From Glaciecola sp. UBA2563 (GTDB lineage: Bacteria; Pseudomonadota; Gammaproteobacteria; Enterobacterales; Alteromonadaceae): DNA of 64,000 nt. Position 1 is the first letter of the stretch. Every line of letters begins with the position of its first letter. The stretch lies in the NCBI GenBank assembly GCA_002340325.1, contig DDLV01000108.1, forward strand, positions 19,281 to 83,280, read 5' to 3'. Below are positions 48,008-57,013 of this stretch, in pieces. Position numbers and translations under genes: made by a program. The notes beneath the pieces were generated by a model. The model was given only the letters and a program-made list of their open reading frames with translations, searched no databases and was not told the origin of the DNA.

Positions 48008-49849
48008 ATGTTTTCTTTTTTCGAGCGATTAACAGAACCCTTTCCAAAAGAGGATGCACAGCAGCCACCTAAAAAACTATTGGCATTTTTGCATTTTTAC
48101 ACAAAAGGGATGTGGAAGGTCATTCTGCTTTCATCAGTACTAAGTGCTGTTGTCGCAATTCTTGAAGTGTCTCTCTTCGGCTTTATGGGGCAACTTGTTG
48201 ATTGGTTCTCGCAACGAGATCCAGCTACATTCGTTCAGGAAGAGCGCTACAGTTTGATACTAATGGGCGCGCTCGTTTTGATTGTGATCCCACTGGTAGT
48301 TTTAGTCGAATCAGCAATCACCCATCAATCAGTAATGGGCAATTACCCCATGCGTGTTCGCTGGCTAGCGCACAAGTATCTACTTGGACAGAGTTTATCA
48401 TTCTATCAAGATGAATTCGCTGGTCGAGTCGCTACAAAAGTGATGCAGACTGCTCTGTCAGTTCGAGAGGCTGTGTACAAAGTCCTCAATTTGGCAGTGT
48501 ACATCTCCGTGTACTTTATCTCTGTTGTTGTACTGGTTTTCAGTACTGACTGGCGATTAGCAATGCCACTAGTGATCTGGCTGATCATATATGTCCTTAT
48601 TTTGCGGAGTTTATTGCCAAGGCTAAAACGAGTATCACAGCAGCAAGCTGACGCAAGGTCGTTAATGACAGGGCGCATTGTCGATAGTTACACCAACATC
48701 ATGACAGTGAAGCTTTTTTCTCACCACAGTAGAGAAGAGTCTTACGCAAAAGAGGGTATGGAAAAATTTCTGCATACAGTTTATCCGCAGATGCGATTAG
48801 TGACAATTCTGCAAGGATGCGTATGGTTTAGTAACTCTCTGTTAGTGTTTTCAATCTCGGCACTTTCCATTTATTTGTGGACCAACGGTTTTGTCACGCC
48901 AGGTGATATTGCCATCGCAATCAGTCTGTCTTTGAGAATAAATGGAATGTCACAGTGGATCATGTGGGAAGTGAGTTCATTGTTCGAGAATATTGGCACC
49001 GTTCAAGACGGGATCGATACCCTCGCTGTACCCGCTGCAGTCACTGATGCTGAAAATGCCTCGCGCTTAGAAGTCAACGGTGGAAAAATTACCTTTGATG
49101 ACGTCAATTTTGCCTATAAAACGCAAAACAGCAATGAAATTAAGGTGTTTGACGGATTGGATTTAACTATTAAAGCGGGTGAAAAAGTAGGATTAGTTGG
49201 CCGTTCAGGCGCTGGGAAATCAACGTTGGTTAACCTCTTGTTGCGGTTTTATGATATCAACAGTGGAGACATTGTGATCGATGGCCAAGTGGTATCAAAA
49301 GTCAGTCAAGAGAGCCTTCGTAGTCAGATCAGCATGGTTACTCAAGATACGTCGCTTATGCACCGTTCTGTTAGGGATAACATTATGTACGGACGCGAAG
49401 ACGCAAGCGAAGAGGAGATGATTGCCGCTGCAAAACAGGCAGAAGCGCATGAGTTCATTCAATTGTTATCTGATGCAAAGGGGCGTACTGGCTATAATGC
49501 TCATGTTGGTGAACGAGGCGTTAAGCTTTCCGGTGGACAGCGCCAGCGTATCGCTATTGCGCGTGTCATGTTAAAAAATGCGCCGATTTTACTGCTAGAC
49601 GAAGCAACATCAGCGCTTGATAGTGAAGTTGAAGTCGCCATACAAGAAGGACTCACGCAGATCATGCAAGACAAGACGGTGCTCGCCATTGCACATCGGC
49701 TGTCAACAATTGCACAAATGGATAGGTTGCTCGTTTTGGATAACGGTAAAATTGTCGAATCGGGAAGTCATCAAGAGCTAATAGCAATGGACGGTATATA
49801 CGCAAAACTTTGGGCGCACCAAACAGGCGGATTTTTAGGGCTCGAATAA
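48008..49849 (+). CDS. ABC exporter, fused permease/ATPase (MsbA-like multidrug type)
   Basis: TM domain followed by GRSGAGKST, LSGGQRQ, LLLDEATSALD and IAHRLST. Confidence 0.95.
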   Translation: MFSFFERLTEPFPKEDAQQPPKKLLAFLHFYTKGMWKVILLSSVLSAVVAILEVSLFGFMGQLVDWFSQRDPATFVQEERYSLILMGALVLIVIPLVVLVESAITHQSVMGNYPMRVRWLAHKYLLGQSLSFYQDEFAGRVATKVMQTALSVREAVYKVLNLAVYISVYFISVVVLVFSTDWRLAMPLVIWLIIYVLILRSLLPRLKRVSQQQADARSLMTGRIVDSYTNIMTVKLFSHHSREESYAKEGMEKFLHTVYPQMRLVTILQGCVWFSNSLLVFSISALSIYLWTNGFVTPGDIAIAISLSLRINGMSQWIMWEVSSLFENIGTVQDGIDTLAVPAAVTDAENASRLEVNGGKITFDDVNFAYKTQNSNEIKVFDGLDLTIKAGEKVGLVGRSGAGKSTLVNLLLRFYDINSGDIVIDGQVVSKVSQESLRSQISMVTQDTSLMHRSVRDNIMYGREDASEEEMIAAAKQAEAHEFIQLLSDAKGRTGYNAHVGERGVKLSGGQRQRIAIARVMLKNAPILLLDEATSALDSEVEVAIQEGLTQIMQDKTVLAIAHRLSTIAQMDRLLVLDNGKIVESGSHQELIAMDGIYAKLWAHQTGGFLGLE

Positions 49850-49919
49850 ACTTTGTCGCTCCCTTATACGCAGGGTTCTTCTGAATATTCAGTTAAAAAT
49901 GAAAGTTGCGACTTGCGCT

Positions 49920-49988
49920 TAATGCTGTTTACTTAACCGATACCCTCGTCATTCTCATGCAAATGTAATGCTTAAGCGAACAGCATTA
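49920..49988. repeat. 69-bp inverted-repeat element with IS4-like ends
   Basis: TAATGCTGTTTACTTAA ... TTAAGCGAACAGCATTA (15/17 IR); no target-site duplication seen. Confidence 0.45.
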
Positions 49989-50330
49989 GTTGAAAATTAC
50001 AATCTCTTTTGGGGTATCGCATAGTTTTAAAGCAGCATTTCATACAATACCGCTGGTTCCAAGGAGTTCGTGATTTCCATCACGATGACTTTTCTTCATA
50101 CTAACCGTTCTTAGTTTTTGTTTTCATTAAATAAAACCGCTGCAGCGTTAAAATGAGCTCTAGCAATCGCAAGTGCTACCCAGTTTACATAAGTTTTATC
50201 AACTATAAGAGATATTCGAATGACCCAAGTCAGCTTTTGCAATGGTGTTGTATGATGCTATGCTCAGAATTATTGTGATTTACGCTGGTTTTTCAGCATT
50301 CAATTCATCCATACTACGCTAGAGAACGCG

Positions 50331-50822
50331 TTGCAAAACGAGCTAACAAAAACCTTTGATGCCCAAAAAAATGCACTGAGACAGTTTTTTTCCTCACGTC
50401 TTAGTGATACTGGCATCGTCGACGACTTAATGCAGGAGTTGTATTTAAAAGCGGATGGCATGGGCTCTAAAGACATCGCTTATCCAAAGGCTTATCTGTT
50501 TCGCATGGCGAATAATATGATAGTAGATGAGCATCGCCGCACGGCTAAACTTCCCCAAAATAGCGATATCGAAACCGATGCCATCCCAACCGCAATAAGT
50601 CCTGAACGTTCGTTGTCAGCTCAGGAGCAGTTAGAAGTCGTCACTAAAGCACTCAATGAGCTTCCTGAAAAGACACAAATGGTGTTTTATCGAATGAATG
50701 TGAATGGGATGACTAAGGTGGAAGTCGCGGAAAGCTTAAGCATCAGTGTCAATATGGTAGAGAAACATTTGCGTAGAGCGATTCAATATTGCAGGATGAA
50801 ACTAGAAAAATCGAATGAATAA
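50331..50822 (+). CDS. ECF RNA polymerase sigma factor (FecI-like)
   Basis: DDLMQELYLK, AYLFRMANNMIVDEHRR and EVAESLSISVNMVEKHLRRA; TTG start; adjacent to fecR. Confidence 0.93.
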   Translation: MQNELTKTFDAQKNALRQFFSSRLSDTGIVDDLMQELYLKADGMGSKDIAYPKAYLFRMANNMIVDEHRRTAKLPQNSDIETDAIPTAISPERSLSAQEQLEVVTKALNELPEKTQMVFYRMNVNGMTKVEVAESLSISVNMVEKHLRRAIQYCRMKLEKSNE

Positions 50823-50848
50823 TTACTCAATTTGAACAAAATAACGTC
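50823..50848 (+). promoter_or_regulatory. Putative ECF promoter TTACTCA-N15-CGTC upstream of fecR
   Basis: Same motif and spacing as 54819..54844; CGTC is a common ECF -10 core. Confidence 0.5.
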
Positions 50849-50895
50849 TAAAGAAGATACGCACGGAGTAAAACGTAAATAAAATAGTAAAAGGT

Positions 50896-51885
50896 ATGCA
50901 AGAACAAGAAAATGCGTTTATAACACAGCAAGCAAACGACTGGCTGGTCAAATTGGAAACACATGCTTTGTCTGAAGAAGATGAGGCAAGATTTATTGCG
51001 TGGTTAACCAGCGATGAACGCCATGGAGAAGCGTTTCAAAAAGCGGAAGAAACGTGGCAATTGATGCAACGCAGTGCCGCAGAAACTAACATGGCGGCCC
51101 AATCTGAATTTCCTCAAGTGGCAACGGTTGAGATTCAAAACAAAAAAGGTTGGCCAGCTTGGCCAGCCATCGCGGCGAGTTTAGTGCTAGTTTTATTTAG
51201 CAGCTTATGGTGGGAGTCCTTATATTTTTCTGCACAATCTGATTATCTAACCTCGACGGGTGAACGACAGGTTATCGAGTTGTCAGATGGAAGTGTATTA
51301 ACACTTAATACGGATTCGGCGGTAACCATTGATTTCACAGCAGAAGTACGACAGGTAGATCTTCTGAAAGGTGAAATTCATATCCAAGTCGCTCCTGATA
51401 GAGCAAGACCTCTTTCGATCGAAGCTGGAGATTTAAAGGCGACTGCATTAGGTACCGCGTTTATCGTGAAAAGAGATAATAAGTTAGGGCCGTTAGTTGT
51501 CGTTACTGAACATCAAGTAAAAGTGCAGAGTATTGCAGAACCCAAAAAAGAAACCGTATTGCAGGAAGGTCAAGAAGTCACTTTGCTTGAAGGACGTCAA
51601 ACTTTTACAGTGGTTGAGCAAGTAGATGTTGAACGCAGCAGGGCGTGGCTCTCCGGAAATTATATTTTTAATAATGCTACGCTCGAAGAAGTTTTAGATG
51701 AGGTAGACCGCTATATCGGTGCTAAAATTATTTTAAGGGATAAGCAGTTGGCTAAACTTAAAGTAAGCGGGATCTTAGATCTCGATTCACCTAGGGAGTC
51801 GCTAAAAGACTTGCGCACACCATTAGGTATTAATATCACAGAAGTGACTCCACTTTTAATTTTTGTTGAAAAAGGTAGCGAGTGA
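50896..51885 (+). CDS. FecR-family anti-sigma/transmembrane sensor
   Basis: QANDWLVKL, WLTSDERHGEAFQ, a TM segment, LSDGSVLTLNTDS, TALGTAF and RAWLSGNYIF. Confidence 0.94.
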   Translation: MQEQENAFITQQANDWLVKLETHALSEEDEARFIAWLTSDERHGEAFQKAEETWQLMQRSAAETNMAAQSEFPQVATVEIQNKKGWPAWPAIAASLVLVLFSSLWWESLYFSAQSDYLTSTGERQVIELSDGSVLTLNTDSAVTIDFTAEVRQVDLLKGEIHIQVAPDRARPLSIEAGDLKATALGTAFIVKRDNKLGPLVVVTEHQVKVQSIAEPKKETVLQEGQEVTLLEGRQTFTVVEQVDVERSRAWLSGNYIFNNATLEEVLDEVDRYIGAKIILRDKQLAKLKVSGILDLDSPRESLKDLRTPLGINITEVTPLLIFVEKGSE

Positions 51886-54407
51886 AATCACTACGACAGA
51901 TCATCTTACTGTTATGCATCATATCAACACAGGCGATAGCGCAATCTAAAAATACCTATCAATTTGATATCGAAGCCCAACCAGTGAGTTCGGCGCTCAT
52001 TGACTTCGCCGTTCAAATGCAACTCAATGTGGTTTTTTTGAATGAAATAGCGCAAGAAAAACAGTCAAATATGCTCAAAGGCGAGTATACCGTCGACGAT
52101 GCCATGGACATATTGGTAGACGGCACCGGGCTTCGTGCGGTGGTATTAAACGATCGAGTAATACAAATTCAAGCGATTTTAGTTCCAGACGAAACCAAAC
52201 AATTATCAGAAAGTGACGAATCTTCGTTAGATGTGCCAGCAGAAAAAACGAAACCAGAAAAAGAAACCGGTCTTGATCCTTATCGAGTGATTGATGAAGT
52301 TGTGGTTGTGGGGCAGTTATTATCGCCGTACAACCTTGGTGCTGAAATTTCTAGCACCAAAACTCAACGGAGTTTTCTTGAGACCCCGCAAATTGTCAAT
52401 ACGGTAAATGAAACGCTTATACGCGACAATGCAGCAAGAGATTATACCGACGCGATTTTATTATTGTCCTCCGTTTCATATCTTGAGCGCAGCGCAGGCG
52501 TTGTTGATGAAACACGTTTAAGGGGTTTTGCATATCCAGCCTTAAAAACGGATGGATTTGGTTCGCATGCTTACATCACTCCGATCGACCTTGCTTTAGT
52601 TGACAGAATCGAAATGGCAAAAGGTCCAAATTCAGTTTTATTCGGACGAATGGAACCAGGCGGTATCGTTAATGTATTGCTAAAAAAGCCTGATATTGTT
52701 AAAAGTTCAATGAGTTTTCGCAGCGGAAGTGATGGATTACGACGAGCAGAGTTTGACGTTAATCACGTTGGTGATAACCAAGGAGCATTTCGATTACTTG
52801 GTTACTACCAAAATGAAGGCAGTGCCGAGGAGCTCGATTTAGACGATAGGGTGGGTGGATTGCTAACCTACCAGCGACAATTGTCAAACCAGGCTGAACT
52901 CAATGCCTATTACCGGTTTTCTTCTCAAGACGCATTACAACAATTTGGCAGGCCACTTGAAGGTTTTAGCAATGAAGTCGAGTTAGTTGTGAGCGATGAT
53001 GGTTCTGTTGATGTGCTTTCACCACTCCTTGAAGACTTACGATCAGGACTTGATGTGGACCAACACAGCGTTTATGTAGGGATTAGAGACTGGCTGATTC
53101 AGGATTGGTCGGCGAATTTACATTTTCAATATGATACTTATTCAGTAGAGACTTCACTTAGATATCCGTTTATTGAAGAATTTACGTTTGATTTTAATGG
53201 CGAAACCATTAACAGTGATGATCTTACTGATTCTTTGATTGATGATCCAGAGTTGTTAGAAGCGTTAACAGATGACATAGAAAGTCTAAGTGTTGATCCG
53301 GACAATGTATTGTTCTTCGAAGCGCCTCTTAATTATGACACTCGCTTTTTTAGTGCAGAGGCTACTATTGCAAAAAAAGCAAAGAAACGCTGGGGTGAGT
53401 ATGAGCAATTGTATGGGGTGAATGCTAGTTATTCGCAGCCAGAATCACTTATCTGGCAGACTCATGATACGCGTTCAAGCTTTGTTCCAACAGGACAGGT
53501 TGAAGAAGTATTTAACGCAGATGTCGCAGACAATGATGTCACCGATACTAATTTTGGAATATTTTCTCAATGGGCGTTGACTTACGATGCCACGACTGGT
53601 GTCGCTGGAGTGCGACTAGATTACATAGATTTTGATGCGACTTCTGCGTTTGCCGCTTCAAATCAAACCTTTACTGAAGTGTCACTTCGCCTTGGTTTAG
53701 TTCATGAATTTGCCGAAAATAGCAGTCTATTTCTCAACTACAGTGTAGCCTTTTCACCTCAGTTTGCGCTGAGAGATTTTGATGTTGAGATTGATAGTGA
53801 AATTGATCAACAATCAATTATTCGTTTTTTAGAGCCAGCTAAATCTAAACAATATGAGTTGGGGGTTAAGTTTGAATGGTTGAACAGACGATTGCAGACA
53901 AACTGTTCGTTGTATCGCATCGAAAAGACGGGCATTGAATCGGATATTGAGAGACAACGTAGTCAAGGTTTGGAATGCGATACGCTTGGCTCGTTAGGAG
54001 AAGGTTGGCATATTATTGCAGGTGGAGATTTACTGAATTCAACTATTGTAGATGGGCCAGAAGAAGATTTTATTGGCAAAGTACCTCGAATGACTCCCGA
54101 AAAGAATTTTCGTATTTGGTTGAGCAAGGATTGGGTTATCAATGCTGATTGGTTTGCAAGAAGCGGTGTTGGCGCTAATTTCGTTGGAGAGCGATACATA
54201 AACTCTGAAAATAGCGAGCGATTGGATAGTTATTTGCTTGTTAATGTGGGCATAAGTTTGGATTTTAGAGAATCATTAAGCATTGCAATGACGGTAAAAA
54301 ATGTATTCGATGAAGCGTATACCGAAGGTGTGTTTACGTCTTTGCCTTTCTGGACGACGCTCGGTCAACAGCGGACGATTGAATTATTAATCACTTATCG
54401 CTTTTGA
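51882..54407 (+). CDS. TonB-dependent receptor with an N-terminal signalling (STN) domain
   Basis: YQFDIEAQPVSSALIDFA (STN), EVVVVG TonB-box region, plug motif ETPQIV and RIEMAKGPNSVLFG..EPGGIVN; C-terminal Phe (ITYRF); GTGA overlap with fecR. Confidence 0.94.
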   Translation: MKSLRQIILLLCIISTQAIAQSKNTYQFDIEAQPVSSALIDFAVQMQLNVVFLNEIAQEKQSNMLKGEYTVDDAMDILVDGTGLRAVVLNDRVIQIQAILVPDETKQLSESDESSLDVPAEKTKPEKETGLDPYRVIDEVVVVGQLLSPYNLGAEISSTKTQRSFLETPQIVNTVNETLIRDNAARDYTDAILLLSSVSYLERSAGVVDETRLRGFAYPALKTDGFGSHAYITPIDLALVDRIEMAKGPNSVLFGRMEPGGIVNVLLKKPDIVKSSMSFRSGSDGLRRAEFDVNHVGDNQGAFRLLGYYQNEGSAEELDLDDRVGGLLTYQRQLSNQAELNAYYRFSSQDALQQFGRPLEGFSNEVELVVSDDGSVDVLSPLLEDLRSGLDVDQHSVYVGIRDWLIQDWSANLHFQYDTYSVETSLRYPFIEEFTFDFNGETINSDDLTDSLIDDPELLEALTDDIESLSVDPDNVLFFEAPLNYDTRFFSAEATIAKKAKKRWGEYEQLYGVNASYSQPESLIWQTHDTRSSFVPTGQVEEVFNADVADNDVTDTNFGIFSQWALTYDATTGVAGVRLDYIDFDATSAFAASNQTFTEVSLRLGLVHEFAENSSLFLNYSVAFSPQFALRDFDVEIDSEIDQQSIIRFLEPAKSKQYELGVKFEWLNRRLQTNCSLYRIEKTGIESDIERQRSQGLECDTLGSLGEGWHIIAGGDLLNSTIVDGPEEDFIGKVPRMTPEKNFRIWLSKDWVINADWFARSGVGANFVGERYINSENSERLDSYLLVNVGISLDFRESLSIAMTVKNVFDEAYTEGVFTSLPFWTTLGQQRTIELLITYRF

Positions 54408-54589
54408 CTCGCAGGACTATTTCTCTATTTTAAAACTTCTTTGGTCTGTTAATTCTAATTATGACTCAGTTTACATCCGAGTGAATTAAGATAATTTCAT
54501 TTGCTACGTTGGACGATACACAGAGATACCAAAGTTGCTCTTTACGCCAATGACTTTAATCTTGTGCCATACCGTCTTTTGTAGATTGT

Positions 54590-54757
54590 TTAACACCCAT
54601 AACAACGAGTTGTGTTGCTAACCAAAGCTGTATTTATAAATGTACCAGACACGCCAATATTCATATCCATATCTAACACGAACATCGTTAGATAAATTCC
54701 TGGAATAAACATCCATAACGAAATGAGCAATAACACAAAACCTAAATGCTTAACCAC
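54590..54757 (-). pseudogene. 55-codon hydrophobic ORF, probable truncated membrane-protein gene (PqiA-like N-terminus)
   Basis: AAGGAG RBS and GTG start; MVKHLGFVLLLISLWMFIPGIYLTMFVLDMDMNIGVSGTFINTALVSNTTRCYGC*. Similarity to PqiA-like proteins is from memory only. Confidence 0.45.
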
Positions 54758-54818
54758 AAAAGAAACTCCTTAATAAAAAACCAATTTTAGTGAAATTTTT
54801 AAAAAAATAATTTTTTTA

Positions 54819-54844
54819 TTCCTCACATCTTAAATTTTTTCGTC
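54819..54844 (+). promoter_or_regulatory. Putative ECF promoter TTCCTCA-N15-CGTC upstream of DUF1800
   Basis: Ends 63 nt upstream of the ATG, is preceded by an A/T-rich UP-like tract, and matches the motif upstream of fecR. Confidence 0.5.
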
Positions 54845-54907
54845 ATTGGATGAAACGAAGAAAAATCGTAATCGATCCAAAAATTAGTTTGAAAGCCGAG
54901 GTGCTAT

Positions 54908-56992
54908 ATGAAAAAAGTTGAAGTAACCATCGCCAATATAAGCAAACATGCTTGTGCTGTCGCGGTAAGTCTTGTGTTAGTCGCGTGCGGAGGAGGCAAC
55001 GCTGATGAGGTGATAGAACAATCCGTTTCAGTTCCAACGCCAGTGGTTCCTCCCACGACTACTTCAGGTAATATGAGTGACGAAAATGACGATGATGATC
55101 AAGCCGATGGAAGTAGTAATGGAGAGGACGATGATAATGATGAAGACGATGCAGGAGATGAAGATGACCCAGATGAAGGAGGAACAGACGAGAACGACAC
55201 AGGTGATGAAGATGATGAAGATGATGGAGATGATGAAGGCAATGGAGAAGATGAAGACGAAGGGGACGACGATGACGAAGGGGGCGGAGAGGGTGAAGGA
55301 AATGGAAATGAAGAAGAATGTTCAGATCCTGAAGAAGGTTGCCAACTAGAGATTACCACAGGATTTGTAAACCCCAATCCCATACCAGACATGACGGTCT
55401 TCCCAGTTGATCTAGAATCGGCTAATAGAGCAGCCAGATTTTTAGCGCAAGCCAGTTTAGGAGCCAACTATCCAACCGTTACCCAAGTCGCTTCTATGGG
55501 AGAAGCAGCTTGGTTAGAAAGTCAATTCCAGCAGCCGGTTGGACGATTAATGCCATATACTGATTTTCTTATCCAACTAATAGAGCAAAACGCGGATAAC
55601 GACCAATTTGTTGAAGCCTTGGATGGACCTGAATATGTGTACCTCAATGCTTGGTGGACACAGGTAATGACATCACCTGACTTAGTGCGCCAAAAAGTCG
55701 CAATGGCATTGAGTGAAATATTTGTTGCATCAGCTAGCGTTGAAGCGATAGGAGAAACGCCTCCCGCTATGGCGCAATATTATGATGTTCTTTTGGATAA
55801 TGCGTTCGGAAATTATAGAGATCTTCTCAAAGGTATTACGCTCTCACCTGCTATGGGTGTTTATCTCAGTCATATGGGCAATCAAAAAGCTAATGAAGCT
55901 GCTGGTACCTTCCCGGATGAAAATTATGCAAGAGAAGTCATGCAACTTTTCAGTATAGGTTTATTTGAGCTCAATCCAGATGGAAGTCAAAAATTAGATG
56001 GCAATGGTAATCCGATTCCAACCTATGACCAGCAAGATATAAGAGAGTTTGCCAAGATATTTACTGGATTGAGCACAAATTCTCAAAGCGGTTTTGTAGG
56101 TGCAAATATGTTTGAAGGTGATTATTTTGGAAGCTCTCAACCAATGATCATGTACGAACAATATCACTCTACGGAGCAAAAACGATTACTCAACGGACAA
56201 ATCGTTCCGGCAGGTCAAACGGGGATGCAAGATATCGATGCGGCGATGGACAATTTGTTTAATCACCCCAATGTCGGTCCTTTCATTGGCAAGCAGTTGA
56301 TACAACGGTTAGTCACTTCAAATCCAAGTCCAGCTTATATTGAGCGAGTCACTCGCGCATTTAATGGTGAATCTTCCGGCGTCAGAGGAGACATGAAAGC
56401 GATTATTCGAGCGATATTACTCGACCCAGAAGCGACTACCCAACCTTCGCAACAGCAAAACACAGCAGGTCGATTAAGAGAGCCGTTTTTAAGACTACTA
56501 AGGCTGAAGCGAACGTTTAATGCCACCACCGTAGATCGTACTCATGCGGGTGGTAATTACGATTTGAGCTCTGCCATACGCCAATACGTCATGTTTTCCC
56601 CAAGTGTTTTCAATTTCTTCCAGCCAAATTATCGGCCTAATGGTGAAATTAAAGACGCAGGCTTAGTCGCTCCCGAATTTCAAATAACAAATGCGTCATC
56701 CATTGTTGAAGTTAAAAATGTAGTTCAGTTATTTTTGGAAACGGGGCGAATTGAAGAACGGGCGGGTTTACTACCTAGCGAAACGGTTTCATTTGAATCA
56801 GAATTAGCGATTGCACAGGATGTCGGTGAACTGGTGAGTAGATTAGATACACTGATGACCTATGGCACGTTAACCAGCAACACAAGAGAAGCAGTCATAT
56901 CCGCCATACAAAATTTGGAAGATCCACTAGATAGGGTTCGAATGGCGATCTATCTGATAGCCATCTCACCAGACTATGCCGTAGCGATTTAA
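54908..56992 (+). CDS. DUF1800-family lipoprotein with a long acidic linker
   Basis: Lipobox LVAC-GGG; AARFLAQASLG, RQKVAMALSEIFV, AFGNYRDLL..ITLSPAMGVYLSH.GN, PDENYAREVMQLFSIGL, HPNVGPFI..QLIQRLVTSNPS and SPSVFNFF. Confidence 0.92.
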   Translation: MKKVEVTIANISKHACAVAVSLVLVACGGGNADEVIEQSVSVPTPVVPPTTTSGNMSDENDDDDQADGSSNGEDDDNDEDDAGDEDDPDEGGTDENDTGDEDDEDDGDDEGNGEDEDEGDDDDEGGGEGEGNGNEEECSDPEEGCQLEITTGFVNPNPIPDMTVFPVDLESANRAARFLAQASLGANYPTVTQVASMGEAAWLESQFQQPVGRLMPYTDFLIQLIEQNADNDQFVEALDGPEYVYLNAWWTQVMTSPDLVRQKVAMALSEIFVASASVEAIGETPPAMAQYYDVLLDNAFGNYRDLLKGITLSPAMGVYLSHMGNQKANEAAGTFPDENYAREVMQLFSIGLFELNPDGSQKLDGNGNPIPTYDQQDIREFAKIFTGLSTNSQSGFVGANMFEGDYFGSSQPMIMYEQYHSTEQKRLLNGQIVPAGQTGMQDIDAAMDNLFNHPNVGPFIGKQLIQRLVTSNPSPAYIERVTRAFNGESSGVRGDMKAIIRAILLDPEATTQPSQQQNTAGRLREPFLRLLRLKRTFNATTVDRTHAGGNYDLSSAIRQYVMFSPSVFNFFQPNYRPNGEIKDAGLVAPEFQITNASSIVEVKNVVQLFLETGRIEERAGLLPSETVSFESELAIAQDVGELVSRLDTLMTYGTLTSNTREAVISAIQNLEDPLDRVRMAIYLIAISPDYAVAI
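55079..55336 (+). repeat. Asp/Glu-rich low-complexity coding tract
   Basis: 86 codons, 52 of them D/E and none K/R/H (hand count); GAT/GAC/GAA-rich DNA. Confidence 0.9.
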
Positions 56993-57013
56993 CCATTATT
57001 TGGAGTAAAAGAC

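Noticed and set aside
49985-50110. Broken short minus-strand reading frames upstream of the ECF sigma gene
   Set aside because: Needs frameshift or read-through to exceed 25 aa; nothing recognisable.
50230-50330. Fur box upstream of the ECF sigma gene
   Set aside because: The best candidate inspected matched only about 8/19 to GATAATGATAATCATTATC.
55077-55467. Alternative-frame ORFs (Met/Lys-rich plus strand, poly-Ser minus strand) over the acidic tract
   Set aside because: Frame-shifted and antisense shadows of the GAT/GAA-rich DUF1800 linker.
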